Assembly: GCA_019639015.1 (NCBI GenBank)
Contig: JAHBSS010000001.1
Coordinates: 9,189 to 73,188 of the forward strand
Length of the DNA: 64,000 nucleotides
Direction of reading: 5' to 3'
Origin: Cryobacterium sp.
Lineage (GTDB): Bacteria > Actinomycetota > Actinomycetes > Actinomycetales > Microbacteriaceae
Under the pieces are notes generated by a model. It had not been told where the DNA came from. It worked only from the letters and a program-made list of their open reading frames with translations, and made no database searches. Within the stretch, counting starts at the first letter, position 1. Each line of letters begins with the position of its first letter. A program made the translations under genes and the position numbers. Below, in pieces: positions 41,707-52,722 of the stretch.

Positions 41707-42672
41707 TTAAACCGCAACTGATTGCTTACTGGCTTTCGCCATGAGATCTTTTGGTAGCGAAGCTAAGTAATGTTGGGCGTCAAGGGCAGCAACAGTCCCT
41801 GAACCCGCGGCAGTTACCGCCTGGCGGTAGGTGGGATCCAGCACGTCTCCTGCGGCAAACACGCCCGGCAGTCCGGTGCGGGAACTACGGCCTTCTACCT
41901 TGATTGTTCCTTCCGGGGTGAGTTCCAATTGACCGTGAACTAGGTGCACCCTAGGGTCGCTTCCAATTGCGACGAAAACGCCGTCTAGTTCTAGGTCTGA
42001 CTTTGAGCCATCTACCGTATCGAGTAGTTCAATCTTGGAGACCAAATCGTTCCCTTCAATTTTCGTCACGGTCTTGTTCAATAAGAATTCAATTTTCGGA
42101 TTGGAGCGCGCCCGTTCCTGCATGATCTCAGAAGCACGAAGCGTTTCACTGCGATGAATCAAATACACTTTTGAGGCAAACCGGGTAAGAAATGTTGCTT
42201 CTTCCATCGCGGAGTCACCGCCGCCAACAACCGCAACAACCTTCTGACGAAAGAAGAATCCGTCGCAGGTCGCACACCATGACACCCCATGGCCACTGAA
42301 TTGTTCCTCACCCTCGACGCCGAGTTTTCGATAAGCCGAACCGGTCGCAAAAATTACGGCGAGAGCCTCCTCAACCTTTCCAGAGCCAAGAGTGACTTTC
42401 TTTATTTGATCGGTCAATTCCAACTTCACGACATCATCCAAAACAACCTCCGTGCCGAACTTCTCGGCTTGAGCTTGAATCTTCGTCATCAAGTCTGGAC
42501 CTTGAATTGCTTCGGGGAAGCCCGGAAAATTCTCGACCTCGGTTGTTTGCATTAGTTCACCGCCAGCATCAACCGAGCTGGCAATCAACAACGGGTTTAG
42601 GTTTGCTCTAGCAGCGTAAATTGCTGCAGTAAATCCGGCGGGGCCGGAACCGACAATGATTAGTTCCCGCAA
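41707..42672 (-). CDS. trxB: thioredoxin reductase
   Basis: GSGPAG, CATCDG, GGGDSA; TTG 42672 after GAGAGGA. Confidence 0.96.
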   Translation of the reverse strand: MRELIIVGSGPAGFTAAIYAARANLNPLLIASSVDAGGELMQTTEVENFPGFPEAIQGPDLMTKIQAQAEKFGTEVVLDDVVKLELTDQIKKVTLGSGKVEEALAVIFATGSAYRKLGVEGEEQFSGHGVSWCATCDGFFFRQKVVAVVGGGDSAMEEATFLTRFASKVYLIHRSETLRASEIMQERARSNPKIEFLLNKTVTKIEGNDLVSKIELLDTVDGSKSDLELDGVFVAIGSDPRVHLVHGQLELTPEGTIKVEGRSSRTGLPGVFAAGDVLDPTYRQAVTAAGSGTVAALDAQHYLASLPKDLMAKASKQSVAV

Positions 42673-42719
42673 TTGAAATCCTCTCGATCTGCTGAGGTAC
42701 AACCAATCCTAGACAGAGG

Positions 42720-44381
42720 CTATTCCGAACCACCGCCACGGACACGCGATCTCACGGTTGCCACGATCGAATGCAACTCGGGATTTCGCGTCAAGAGCAG
42801 TATCCCGAAGTAACTCAAAGCCATCACTAGCCCCGCCAGGACAATAGTCAAGCAAGCGGGAGCAATTCCGGACTGTGCCCATCCGCTTGGATTGAAGGCT
42901 CCCAAGAAAATTACAGTCACCACTCCGATACCCCCGGCGATGACTGACCACGCCAAATACTGGAAATGACGTATCAATATGCTTCCCTCGATGGTCCCGC
43001 CGAGGCGCTTTCGAATGATGAGCACGGCAAGAACGGACTGACTGCTTCCGGCAACACTTGTAGCTAAGGCAATTCCGACTGCGATCAAGTCTGTGGGTAA
43101 AGCCATGCAAGCCAAACATCCTGCAGCAAAAATCGCCGACTGAAGGGTTTGCAGATAAAACGGCGTTCTCGTGTCCCCAAGCGAGAAAAATACTCGCTGA
43201 ACCAGAAACAGGATGCTGAATAACACCAACCCGGGAAGAAATGCGAGGATTACATTTCCCATGGCTTGAACATGGGAGAACTGCGTCTCGAACACTCGAG
43301 CGAATGGGTAAGCAACCACCGCGAGTGCGATGGTTGCAAACACCATCACGAGCCCTATCCCCCGCAAGGAAGAAGACAAGTCGGCTCTTAGCTCGGGAAT
43401 GTCACCCCTTGAGGCGTGACCGCTCATCCGGGTGAAATATGCGGTGGCTATTGAAACTGCAACTACTGAGTGCGGCAGCATAAAAATGAGCCACGAGTTT
43501 TGCAGAGCCTGAACGGATGCTCCCGTGCCGCTAGCGAACGTTGCAACGCGGCTTTGAACTATCGCCGCCAATTGGGTCACGATGATCATTCCGAAGAGCC
43601 AGCCGGCAGCCTTACCGGTGGTGGAAAGACCAACGCCTTTCCACCTGAAATCGGGTCGGTATTTCAGTCCCGCTCGTTTCCAAAATAGTGTGACAAACAG
43701 AGCTTGCGTGACTACTCCGAGTGTCACAGTCCCCGCCAACAGCAAGATTCGATCCCATGTGAACGCTTCAACAAAACGATTCTGTTGGGCGGAACCAAAC
43801 AAGACCATAAACATCACGAGTCCAGCAATTGAAACCAAGTTGTTCACGACCGGAGCCCAAGCGAACGGGCCGAAAATATTTCGTGCGTTTAAGGTTTCGC
43901 TAAGCAAACTGTAAAGCGCATAAAAGAACACTTGAGGCAGGCACAGGTAAGCGAATGTTGTGGCAAGCGTGAAGGCTTCCGGGCTGAACCCACGCCCCGA
44001 GCTCGAGGATTGTGAATATAACGCGACCAGTGCTGGGGCGGCGATAACCGCGACAACCGTCACGAGGGTGAACAAACTGATCCCGACCGTCACAACCTTG
44101 TTGATGTATTTTTGTCCTCCGTCTGGATCTTTGCCGGAACGAACAATTTGGGGAACAAGAACGGCGCTTAGCAGTCCGCCCACCGTGAGAGTGTAAATAC
44201 TGTTTGGTAATTGGTTCGCTATAGCGAATGCGTCCGCGGCGGCACTACCAACTTGGCCGATAGCGGCCGCAAGAATCGCAACTCTAATGAATCCGAGTGC
44301 CCTGGAAACGATAGTTCCCGCGGCAAGCACAGCGCTTGCTCGACCCACTTGGCTCGTTGCGACACCCTCGTTCGCGGTCAA
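42720..44381 (-). CDS. murJ: lipid II flippase MurJ/MviN
   Basis: 'GTIVSRALGFIR', 'ANQLPN', 'LPQVFFY', many TM segments. Confidence 0.92.
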   Translation of the reverse strand: MTANEGVATSQVGRASAVLAAGTIVSRALGFIRVAILAAAIGQVGSAAADAFAIANQLPNSIYTLTVGGLLSAVLVPQIVRSGKDPDGGQKYINKVVTVGISLFTLVTVVAVIAAPALVALYSQSSSSGRGFSPEAFTLATTFAYLCLPQVFFYALYSLLSETLNARNIFGPFAWAPVVNNLVSIAGLVMFMVLFGSAQQNRFVEAFTWDRILLLAGTVTLGVVTQALFVTLFWKRAGLKYRPDFRWKGVGLSTTGKAAGWLFGMIIVTQLAAIVQSRVATFASGTGASVQALQNSWLIFMLPHSVVAVSIATAYFTRMSGHASRGDIPELRADLSSSLRGIGLVMVFATIALAVVAYPFARVFETQFSHVQAMGNVILAFLPGLVLFSILFLVQRVFFSLGDTRTPFYLQTLQSAIFAAGCLACMALPTDLIAVGIALATSVAGSSQSVLAVLIIRKRLGGTIEGSILIRHFQYLAWSVIAGGIGVVTVIFLGAFNPSGWAQSGIAPACLTIVLAGLVMALSYFGILLLTRNPELHSIVATVRSRVRGGGSE

Positions 44382-46402
44382 CGGTTTGCCTCAAGCCGTG
44401 AGGTTCGCTTGCGTTTTAGAACCGTTCGCCAGATTCCCGCCCCGAACATGAGTAGCAAGATAATCGCCACAACGATCGTTGCTGCGGTTTCCCACCCGGC
44501 TTGAACATTCAACGTTACAAACGTGGGATCGGAGACTTCGATACCGGTCGCAGATCTAAGAGATAGCACGGTCAAGACCGTGCCATTTGCAATTGATTGA
44601 ACCGGGACAGAGGCTTTCGCTTGGGAGTTTGCTTCAATCTTCAACTCGACTCGGTCATCCAAAATATCTAGAATCGCTCGGTCTGGTTTCGCTTGAATGT
44701 AGACAGTCACCGGAAAATCAAGTTCGTTCACTACCGCAATTGGCATGTTGCCTTTCTCTTGAAGCAACGTAATCGTGCTTCCTTCCGGTATGTGAACGGA
44801 ATTCAGAATGGCTCCACTCTCGTCAAGGAAGCCATTTACTGCCGCCTTCCAGGTTGATTGTGTTGACTGCCAACCGATTGCGAAAAGTCCGAGCATTTCC
44901 ACCCGTCTGGGCCAGTTCAAAAGTTCCGGCTGATCGACAACGCTGGAAAACGCGGTTACTTGCCTCTCGGAGTTCAGAAGTTGCTTTGCAACTTCGATGA
45001 CTTCGTTTGGCAATTGGGCTGAAACGAACTGCTCAGTAGTGGACGGGGAAGCGAACACTTGGGCCAGAGTTCTGGTCGAGACGAACGGTAACGTCTCGAC
45101 CGAATTGAGTACTTCGTTTACGCGAGAGCCCAAGCCCGCTCCGTCCCGATTAAGCGAAATCACAACTTGGTTGTTTGTGCCCGTAGCCATTAGCGCCAGA
45201 TTTGTCGTGAGTCTGGCCAGATAGTCGCTCGATTCGGCAAGAGTGTTTGCGCGAGATGCCAGGTCAAGCAGCATCGAAAGTTTGCCGTCGGTGGTTGTAA
45301 CTCGAGCCCCGGAGATCCCATCCAGTTGTGCATTTGCCGCTTCTCGTACTTCTGATTTCAGTTGAGTGCTATCAAGAAGCAATCGAGTTGTTCCCGCCGA
45401 CACCAGTTTCTTCACATCGGTGGTTCGTAAGGAACCCGGGGTTGGCCAAGAAATATTCGTGAACGCGTAGTTCCAATTGGTCAATTCGCCCGAATTCTTG
45501 CTGAAATCGGCTTCGCCCTCAGTTGTGTCGGCTTTCGGGCCTGCACTTGGTGTTTCGATTGGATGATCTTGGTCAACCAATCCGAACGGTTCAATCGGGG
45601 TCTTGGCACCGGCTTGGAGTGCGAGACCTTGATCGGCATCCGCGAAGCTAAGCGCAAACGTCTCATTGGGCAATTTTGAAAGCGCGTCCAGCCAAGCAAT
45701 CGCCGTCGGTGGTGCATTTGCCCCTAGCAATCTGATGGATGCAATGACCATTGGGTCTATACCGAGAGCAAGGCTGTGGGTGGTTGCGACTTGTAGTTCT
45801 CGTTGCAACTCTCCGTCCGGGGCGGTGAGTGCGGTCAGGCGTTCCGAACTAAGAAGCCCTGCATTGTCAGGCACGGATGTAATTGGGGTTACAACACTCA
45901 CTGAGATGGGTTGCACAGTCGAACCAGGAATGAGTAACGCAGTGGTTTTCGCGAATGCAACTTCGACGTTTTCACTTACAACTCGCACAATGATCGGGAT
46001 AACGGTCGGTTTAGTTGCATTTTGACCAAACGCGGAACTCGGAATTGAGGTTGCGAAGGATCGAAGCTGGTCTGTACCGAGATCACCAAGCTGAGAACTC
46101 GAAACAGGGGCCTCACTAGTCGACTTGGTTTCGTCTTCATCAAGCCATTCGTTGAGTTCTTCACGGCTCTCAAGCTGCACGTCTGGAACGTACACGTTAG
46201 CAACCAGAGCGCTGAGCATTTGAGCTGTCGAATTCTTCAAATTCCCAACAATTTGAATTGGACTCCCAAGGCTCACAAGCCCAGAGTTTGTCGGTCCAAT
46301 TGACACGCTTACGGAACCTTCGTCGGTTTGAGGGTTCACCGAAGGCAGGAGTGCTCCAGCAAACGTAAGAGCGCTTGCAAGCAGGATATTGAGGATTCTC
46401 AT
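44378..46402 (-). CDS. exported protein with C-terminal TM (DUF6049-like)
   Basis: Signal peptide, 'IDPMVIASIRLLG', 'N.LDFPVTV', C-terminal TM + basic tail; position before murJ. Confidence 0.75.
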   Translation of the reverse strand: MRILNILLASALTFAGALLPSVNPQTDEGSVSVSIGPTNSGLVSLGSPIQIVGNLKNSTAQMLSALVANVYVPDVQLESREELNEWLDEDETKSTSEAPVSSSQLGDLGTDQLRSFATSIPSSAFGQNATKPTVIPIIVRVVSENVEVAFAKTTALLIPGSTVQPISVSVVTPITSVPDNAGLLSSERLTALTAPDGELQRELQVATTHSLALGIDPMVIASIRLLGANAPPTAIAWLDALSKLPNETFALSFADADQGLALQAGAKTPIEPFGLVDQDHPIETPSAGPKADTTEGEADFSKNSGELTNWNYAFTNISWPTPGSLRTTDVKKLVSAGTTRLLLDSTQLKSEVREAANAQLDGISGARVTTTDGKLSMLLDLASRANTLAESSDYLARLTTNLALMATGTNNQVVISLNRDGAGLGSRVNEVLNSVETLPFVSTRTLAQVFASPSTTEQFVSAQLPNEVIEVAKQLLNSERQVTAFSSVVDQPELLNWPRRVEMLGLFAIGWQSTQSTWKAAVNGFLDESGAILNSVHIPEGSTITLLQEKGNMPIAVVNELDFPVTVYIQAKPDRAILDILDDRVELKIEANSQAKASVPVQSIANGTVLTVLSLRSATGIEVSDPTFVTLNVQAGWETAATIVVAIILLLMFGAGIWRTVLKRKRTSRLEANR

Positions 46403-46475
46403 GGCTGAAAGGCAGCCAGGGCGATCCCGGCTAGTTCAGATTCTATTGGGGAAGCCTCTAGGTAGTCTTGAGGCC

Positions 46476-47900
46476 ATGAAGAGTGCCGCTGCGGCGATTT
46501 CGCAACTGTCGGAGTTAGCTGCCTCCGGTGACGTGCGAAAGCTCTCAGAGGCGTTCCGTGTCGCCGGGCGGGAATTGGCTCTCGTCGGCGGTTCAATCCG
46601 TGACGCGTTCCTTGATCGGCCAATGAACGACTTAGATTTCACGACGGATGCAGACCCTGACACAACTCTTGCGATCCTTGCTGGGTTAACGAAAACGACT
46701 TGGGATGTAGGTCGGGCGTTCGGGACAATCGGTGCGAAGCTTTCAAAGCACACCGTTGAAATCACGACATACCGCGCAGACGCATATGACGGAGAGACGC
46801 GAAAACCGTCGGTACAGTTCGGTACGTCCCTGGAACAAGACCTATTGCGACGAGACTTCAAGGTAAACGCAATGGCACTTCGATTACCAGATTTGCAACT
46901 TGTTGATCCCTCTGGCGGAATCGATGACTTGCTTCACGAACGGCTATCAACCCCGGGAGGTGCTGAGGATTCATTCACGGATGATCCTCTGCGGATGCTT
47001 CGTGCTGCACGGTTTTGCTCGCAATTAGGGTTTCAAGTTGCCGACGAAGTTCGAGTCGCAATGTCGGCACTTGGTTCAAAACTGGAAATTGTTTCGGCGG
47101 AGAGAATCCGGGACGAGCTTTCTCGCTTGCTGTGCACACCTGAACCGCGGACTGGTCTCGATTTACTTGTCTCAACCGGTATTGCTGATCTTGTGATTCC
47201 TGAAATTCCGGCCCTGAAGTTGCAACTTGATGAACATCACCACCACAAGGATGTTTATGAGCACAGTTTGACGGTCCTAGATCAAGCGATCGAGCTTGAA
47301 CAAAGTAGGCATCCTGATTCTCAGCCGGATTTGGTTCTTCGGCTCGCAGCGTTGCTTCATGACATTGGCAAACCCGCCACGAGACGGTTCGAAACTGGTG
47401 GTGCGGTGTCGTTTCATCATCATGACCTGGTTGGGGCAAAACTCGCCGGCAAGAGATTGCGTGAATTGAGATTCGACAAGCCAACAATTACTGCCGTTTG
47501 CAGGCTAATCGAACTTCACTTGAGGTTTTTTGGGTACTCCGACAGCGCTTGGACCGATTCGGCAGTCCGCAGATACGTTCGAGATGCTGGCGACTTGTTG
47601 GAGCGATTGCATATCCTCACTCGTGCGGATGTGACAACCCGCAACCGCAAGAAGGCTGAGCGACTCGAGTTCGCATACGACGATCTCGAGTCGAGAATTT
47701 CAGAACTGGCTGAACAAGAAGAATTGGCCTCCATCCGCCCTGATCTTGACGGAAGTCAAATCATGAAGATCTTGAATATTCCCGCGGGACCACTCGTAGG
47801 TGAGGCTTACCGGTTCCTGCTCGAAACCAGATTGAACGAGGGCCCGTTAGAACCCAAAGAGGCCGAACATCGATTGAAAGAATGGTTTTCTAATCGGTGA
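46476..47900 (+). CDS. cca: CCA tRNA nucleotidyltransferase with HD domain
   Basis: [32 protein letters not shown]; start ATG 46476. Confidence 0.93.
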   Translation: MKSAAAAISQLSELAASGDVRKLSEAFRVAGRELALVGGSIRDAFLDRPMNDLDFTTDADPDTTLAILAGLTKTTWDVGRAFGTIGAKLSKHTVEITTYRADAYDGETRKPSVQFGTSLEQDLLRRDFKVNAMALRLPDLQLVDPSGGIDDLLHERLSTPGGAEDSFTDDPLRMLRAARFCSQLGFQVADEVRVAMSALGSKLEIVSAERIRDELSRLLCTPEPRTGLDLLVSTGIADLVIPEIPALKLQLDEHHHHKDVYEHSLTVLDQAIELEQSRHPDSQPDLVLRLAALLHDIGKPATRRFETGGAVSFHHHDLVGAKLAGKRLRELRFDKPTITAVCRLIELHLRFFGYSDSAWTDSAVRRYVRDAGDLLERLHILTRADVTTRNRKKAERLEFAYDDLESRISELAEQEELASIRPDLDGSQIMKILNIPAGPLVGEAYRFLLETRLNEGPLEPKEAEHRLKEWFSNR

Positions 47901-48984
47901 AGTTCGCTAAGCGCAAGGCGTGATCCGATACGAATTTCTCGAGCAGTGCTCTTGCCTCATCCTCTGGATGTTGTTCAGGTGGAGATTTCATTAGATACGC
48001 GGATGCCGCAACCAGAGGGCCAGAAACACCCGCGTCGAGAGCGACCTTTGCAATCCGGATCGCATCGATCACGACTCCCGCTGAGTTTGGTGAATCCCAA
48101 ACTTCAAGTTTGTATTCAAGGCTTGTCGGAGCGTTGCCAAAACCGTGTCCTTCTAGCCGCACAAATGCGAACTTTCGATCAATGAGCCAAGGTACATGAT
48201 CGCTCGGGCCGACATGCACATTTGACGGATCTGGTTCGTGTTCCAGGTTGCTGGTCACTGCGCGAGTCTTGGAAATCTTCTTGGATTCGAGCCTGGAACG
48301 CTCCAACATGTTCTTGAAGTCCATGTTTCCACCAACATTTAGTTGATAGGTGCGATCCAATACAAGTCCACGCTGTTCAAACAATCGCGCAAGGACTCGA
48401 TGCGTGATAGTTGCACCCAACTGACTCTTCACATCGTCTCCGATGATAGGAACCCCGCCATCAGTGAACTTTTTTGCCCAGACTGGATCGCTTGCTACAA
48501 ACACCGGTAGCGCGTTCACGAATGCCACGCCAGCATCAATCGCACACTGAGCGTAGAACTTCACCGCTTGGTCTGATCCGACGGGAAGGTAGCAAACGAA
48601 TACATCGGCTTTGGTTGACTTAAGAATCTCAACAACATCCACAACAGGTGCTTCGGATTCGACAATTGCGTCGCGGTAATACTCGCCAAGTCCATCCAGT
48701 GTCGGGCCGCGTTGCACAGTGATTTGCGTTGGGGCAACATCCGAGAATCGCAGCGTGTCATTTTGACTAGCCCAAATTGCTTCGGAAAGTTCGACTCCAA
48801 CTTTCAGAGCGTCAACATCGAACGCAGCAACGAATTCGATATCACCCACCGAGAAACCGCCAAGACGGTTGTGCATCAATCCTGGAATTATCTCGTCTGC
48901 TGAGGTGTGTTGATAAAAAGAGACTCCTTGAACTAACGCATTTGCACAGTTTCCGACTCCAGCAATGGCAACCCTAATGGGCAT
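47890..48984 (-). CDS. ino1: inositol-3-phosphate synthase
   Basis: [37 protein letters not shown]. Confidence 0.95.
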   Translation of the reverse strand: MPIRVAIAGVGNCANALVQGVSFYQHTSADEIIPGLMHNRLGGFSVGDIEFVAAFDVDALKVGVELSEAIWASQNDTLRFSDVAPTQITVQRGPTLDGLGEYYRDAIVESEAPVVDVVEILKSTKADVFVCYLPVGSDQAVKFYAQCAIDAGVAFVNALPVFVASDPVWAKKFTDGGVPIIGDDVKSQLGATITHRVLARLFEQRGLVLDRTYQLNVGGNMDFKNMLERSRLESKKISKTRAVTSNLEHEPDPSNVHVGPSDHVPWLIDRKFAFVRLEGHGFGNAPTSLEYKLEVWDSPNSAGVVIDAIRIAKVALDAGVSGPLVAASAYLMKSPPEQHPEDEARALLEKFVSDHALRLANFTD

Positions 48985-49071
48985 GTATATCCGACTCCTT
49001 GTCACTTTCTTGTTCCATGACTAGACTAGGCAAGTTGTCGTTGGTCTGCTGACCACTCGACTCTTGCAAAT

Positions 49072-49122
49072 ACCCTCCTGTTGCAGACCGTCTGCAACCG
49101 TTCTAGTCCGAAGGAGGCGGGT
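49072..49122 (+). ncRNA. S6:S18 ribosomal protein leader (rpsF leader)
   Basis: Anti-SD CCTCCT pairs with AGGAGG SD around hairpin GTTGCAGA/TCTGCAAC, with CCG motifs; directly before rpsF. Confidence 0.7.
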
Positions 49123-49127
49123 TAGTC

Positions 49128-49556
49128 ATGCATAAATACGAACTAATGGTGATCCTCGATCCCGAAATTGATGAGCGCACCGTCGCTCCAAGCCTCGACA
49201 AGTTCCTTGGCGTCATTCGCGCGGATGGTGGCTCAATCGACAATGTCGACATTTGGGGTAAGCGTCGCCTCGCTTACGAGATCAACAAGAAGTCTGAAGG
49301 CATCTACGCGGTCGTAAATATGACCGCTACATCAGATTCAACAATTGAATTGGATCGCCAACTCAAATTGAGTGAAGCGGTAATGCGCACCAAAGTGTTG
49401 CGTGCTGAAGAAGCAATTGCTCAAGTAGCAGAAGCAGAACGCTACGCGGCAAAGAAGGCAGCGCGCAAGCGTTCGACTGAGTCGGCATCAGCCAGTAAGC
49501 CGGCAAAGTCCACGACCAAGTCCGCGAAACCTGCCGACAAGAAAGAGGCCGAGTAA
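49128..49556 (+). CDS. rpsF: 30S ribosomal protein S6
   Basis: [19 protein letters not shown]. Confidence 0.97.
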   Translation: MHKYELMVILDPEIDERTVAPSLDKFLGVIRADGGSIDNVDIWGKRRLAYEINKKSEGIYAVVNMTATSDSTIELDRQLKLSEAVMRTKVLRAEEAIAQVAEAERYAAKKAARKRSTESASASKPAKSTTKSAKPADKKEAE

Positions 49557-49558
49557 TC

Positions 49559-50029
49559 ATGGCCGGGGAAACTGTGATCACGGTTGTGGGAAACCTCACC
49601 GCAGATCCCGAATTGCGTTACACGCAAAACGGGTTAGCAGTTGCCAATTTCACAATTGCCTCAACCCCGCGCAGCTTCGATCGTGCCTCGAATGATTGGA
49701 AAGACGGAGAGGCTTTGTTTCTTCGCGCCTCAGTGTGGCGGGAATTCGCTGAGCACGTCGCCGGCTCGCTCGTGAAGGGTAGTCGCGTAATCGTAACCGG
49801 TCGGCTAAAGCAACGCTCATACGAGACCAAGGAAGGCGAAAAGCGAACAAGCTTCGAAATCGAGGTGGATGAGATCGGGCCAAGCCTTAGATATGCGACC
49901 GCAAAAATCGAGCGCACTTCTAGTCCGGGTCGAAGCGATCAGGGTGACGCTGGCTGGAGTTCCTCAACTCCTGGACCGAGTGAACCCTGGGACAACGCAA
50001 GCTCATTCAACGACGAGACTCCGTTTTAG
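49559..50029 (+). CDS. ssb: single-stranded DNA-binding protein
   Basis: [11 protein letters not shown]; C-terminal DETPF. Confidence 0.97.
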   Translation: MAGETVITVVGNLTADPELRYTQNGLAVANFTIASTPRSFDRASNDWKDGEALFLRASVWREFAEHVAGSLVKGSRVIVTGRLKQRSYETKEGEKRTSFEIEVDEIGPSLRYATAKIERTSSPGRSDQGDAGWSSSTPGPSEPWDNASSFNDETPF

Positions 50030-50060
50030 TCTCAACCGAACTTAAGAAAGCAGGAAAGAA

Positions 50061-50324
50061 ATGGCTGGAAAGTCAACTACAGATCGCAAGAAGGCGATCA
50101 GAAACGCGAAGGTTGCCAAGAATGTGGCTCCCGCAAAAGCAATTCGAGTGGGAGTGATCGATTACAAAGACATCGCTACCCTCCGAAAGTTCATTTCGGA
50201 GCGTGGAAAGATTCGCGCTCGCAGAATTACCGGGGTCTCAGTTCAAGAGCAACGACTGATCGCCCGCGCAGTGAAGAATGCACGCGAGATGGCGTTGCTT
50301 CCTTACGCCGGATCCGGCAAGTAG
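50061..50324 (+). CDS. rpsR: 30S ribosomal protein S18 (no Cys)
   Basis: [19 protein letters not shown]. Confidence 0.97.
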   Translation: MAGKSTTDRKKAIRNAKVAKNVAPAKAIRVGVIDYKDIATLRKFISERGKIRARRITGVSVQEQRLIARAVKNAREMALLPYAGSGK

Positions 50325-50335
50325 GGAGAACGCAA

Positions 50336-50788
50336 ATGTCGAAACTCATTCTTACCCATGAAGTTACTGGACTTGGAGCTCCCGGCGATGTCGTCGAAGT
50401 GAAGGACGGCTTCGCGCGCAACTATTTGATTCCGCAAGGCTGGGCCGTGCTATGGACAAGAGGCGGCGAAAAGCAAATCGATCAGATTAAGGCGGCCAGA
50501 GCTGCGCGTGAACACGCAACACTTGAGGAAGCTCAAGAGTTGAAGTCGAAACTCCAAGCCGCAACGGTTACCCTCACGGTTAAGGCCGGCGAGGGCGGTC
50601 GACTGTTCGGATCGGTAAAGACTTCGGACATAGCTGACGCTGTCGCAAACGCTGGTCTCGGAACGATTGATAAGCGAAAGATCGAACTTGTCGCTCCGAT
50701 CAAGTCCTTGGGAGAGCACGAAGCGACCGTGCGACTTCGGGACGAACTTGTTGCGACGATCAAGTTGAAGGTTATCGCCACCAAGTAA
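50336..50788 (+). CDS. rplI: 50S ribosomal protein L9
   Basis: [19 protein letters not shown]. Confidence 0.97.
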   Translation: MSKLILTHEVTGLGAPGDVVEVKDGFARNYLIPQGWAVLWTRGGEKQIDQIKAARAAREHATLEEAQELKSKLQAATVTLTVKAGEGGRLFGSVKTSDIADAVANAGLGTIDKRKIELVAPIKSLGEHEATVRLRDELVATIKLKVIATK

Positions 50789-50797
50789 CAAAATTCG

Positions 50798-50844
50798 ATC
50801 GGCGGATGGGCAGAAATTTCTTTCCCATCCGCCGATATTTTTTT
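50798..50844 (+). terminator. intrinsic terminator of rpsF-ssb-rpsR-rplI
   Basis: 13-bp stem ATCGGCGGATGGG/CCCATCCGCCGAT followed by a T7 tract. Confidence 0.88.
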
Positions 50845-50937
50845 CCCAAACCCTTGACAATTCCGCCTCAACCGTCGGTGAGTTCTCCCCAACCCAAGTC
50901 GACTCGACCGAAGTCTCAACTAGAACTATAAACAACT

Positions 50938-51080
50938 TTCTACACACAAGGTGTGATAAAGAAAACCCCAGTTCAGAGCTATATTTTATGAAGAAAACTT
51001 CTTGAATCCCACAGCTTTCTCCACAAGTTGCCAACACTACTATCGGCGTTTCGCGCAATTCATCCACAGAGATATTCACA
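50938..51080. promoter_or_regulatory. degenerate DnaA-box cluster upstream of dnaB
   Basis: TTCTACACA (50938), TTCTCCACA (51017), TCATCCACA (51060), ATATTCACA (51072), all same orientation. Confidence 0.6.
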
Positions 51081-51165
51081 GGCTCAGTTGAGCGTGAGTT
51101 GCAGGTTTCATAGGGTAATGGGACATTCATCAAAAGGGCAGAACAGAGCTTCTCCAAACCGTGGA

Positions 51166-51187
51166 TGTCAGTGGTGTTAGCTACGAA
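51166..51187 (+). promoter_or_regulatory. RecA-NDp/PafBC-type DNA-damage promoter motif of dnaB
   Basis: TGTCAGTG-N8-TACGAA vs consensus TGTCRgtg-N8-TAnnnT (last base mismatched). Confidence 0.5.
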
Positions 51188-51297
51188 TTGATTGTGATCC
51201 AAAGGCTGGGCGCACTAAGTCACACTCTTCGTAGCGTGCATAAAACTAGGCAGTTTTCGCGTTGCCGATTAGGCATGCCCAACTTGAGGAGGTTTCG

Positions 51298-52692
51298 TTG
51301 TCCATCGCTCCGATGGGTGTAGCCGGGGACTACCGGCAGCCTTCCGATTACCGTGGACCTGACCGTACTCCGCCTCACGATCTTCTCGCCGAACAAAGCG
51401 CTCTAGGTGGCATGTTGCTAAGCAAGGATGCTGTTGCTGACGTGCTGGAGGCGACTCGCGGCGCAGACTTCTACATGCCAAAGCACGAAACAATTTTTGA
51501 CGCAATTTTCGATTTGTACGCTCGCGGTGAACCGACGGATGTAATCACCGTTACTGATGAACTGACCAAGAACGGCGGATTGTCGAAAGCCGGCGGTGCA
51601 GAGTACTTGCACACTTTGACGAGCCTTGTCCCAACAGCAGCAAACGCGGGATTCTACGCAGAGATTGTTGCAGAGAAGGCAGTGTTGCGCCGACTGGTTG
51701 AAGCTGGCACGAGAATCGTCCAAATGGGCTACGCGAGCGAAGGCGAAGTTGTTGACCTGGTAAACAACGCTCAGGCTGAAATTTACTCGGTCACCGGCGG
51801 AGTAGAAGCGGAGGATTTCATCCCGCTCACCGAAGCCGTCACTTCAGCAATAGATGAGATCGAGGCCGCAAAGAGCCACGGCGGCAAGATGATCGGAGTG
51901 CCAACCGGATTTGCAGAGCTCGACGAGCTCACCAACGGACTTCACCCCGGCCAATTGATCATCGTTGCGGCCCGACCAGCACTTGGTAAATCGACACTAG
52001 CGCTTGATTTCGCAAGAGCAGCATCCATCAAATACAACAAACCTTCGATCGTGTTTTCGCTAGAAATGGGTCGAAGCGAAATCGCCATGAGACTGCTTTC
52101 TGCTGAAGCGACTGTTCCGCTTTCTGACATGCGAAAAGGAATCGTCAATACTCGCGACTGGGGTACGATCGCTCAAACTCGTGGCCGGATAAATGATGCG
52201 CCGCTATTTATTGACGACAGTCCGAATATGACGTTGGTTGAGATTCGCGCCAAGTGCAGACGAATGAAGCAGCGATACGGATTGAGTCTGGTTGTAATCG
52301 ACTATTTGCAACTCATGACATCCGGAAAGCGCGTGGAGTCCAGACAGCAAGAAGTCAGTGAGTTTTCGAGAGCATTGAAACTTCTCGCCAAAGAATTGCA
52401 AGTACCTGTGGTTGCACTGTCACAGCTAAACCGTGGCCCCGAACAGCGGTCAGACAGGATGCCTGCCCTTTCAGACCTTAGAGAGTCCGGTTCGTTGGAA
52501 CAAGACGCGGATGTTGTGATCCTGCTTCACAGAGAAGGCGCCTACGAGCGTGATCATCCGCGAGCTGGTGAAGCTGATTTCATCGTTGCTAAACACAGAA
52601 ACGGCCCGACCAAGACGTTATCGGTTGCATTCCAAGGAATGTACTCACGTTTTCAAGACATGCAGAAAGCGAGCGTCGAACCCAGGGCGTAG
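51298..52692 (+). CDS. dnaB: replicative DNA helicase (no intein)
   Basis: AEQSALG, ARPALGKS, FSLEM, IDYLQL, DLRESGSLEQDAD; TTG 51298 after GAGGAGG. Confidence 0.97.
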   Translation: MSIAPMGVAGDYRQPSDYRGPDRTPPHDLLAEQSALGGMLLSKDAVADVLEATRGADFYMPKHETIFDAIFDLYARGEPTDVITVTDELTKNGGLSKAGGAEYLHTLTSLVPTAANAGFYAEIVAEKAVLRRLVEAGTRIVQMGYASEGEVVDLVNNAQAEIYSVTGGVEAEDFIPLTEAVTSAIDEIEAAKSHGGKMIGVPTGFAELDELTNGLHPGQLIIVAARPALGKSTLALDFARAASIKYNKPSIVFSLEMGRSEIAMRLLSAEATVPLSDMRKGIVNTRDWGTIAQTRGRINDAPLFIDDSPNMTLVEIRAKCRRMKQRYGLSLVVIDYLQLMTSGKRVESRQQEVSEFSRALKLLAKELQVPVVALSQLNRGPEQRSDRMPALSDLRESGSLEQDADVVILLHREGAYERDHPRAGEADFIVAKHRNGPTKTLSVAFQGMYSRFQDMQKASVEPRA

Positions 52693-52722
52693 GCTAATTG
52701 GGTCAATAAGAAGGGTGGCGCG

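Noticed and set aside
49430-49556. Lys/Ala/Ser-rich C-terminal tail of S6
   Set aside because: Low-complexity tails are common on actinobacterial r-proteins
50450-51202. 250-aa minus-strand ORF
   Set aside because: Antisense to rplI, runs through its terminator and the DnaA-box region, no motifs; likely a shadow ORF
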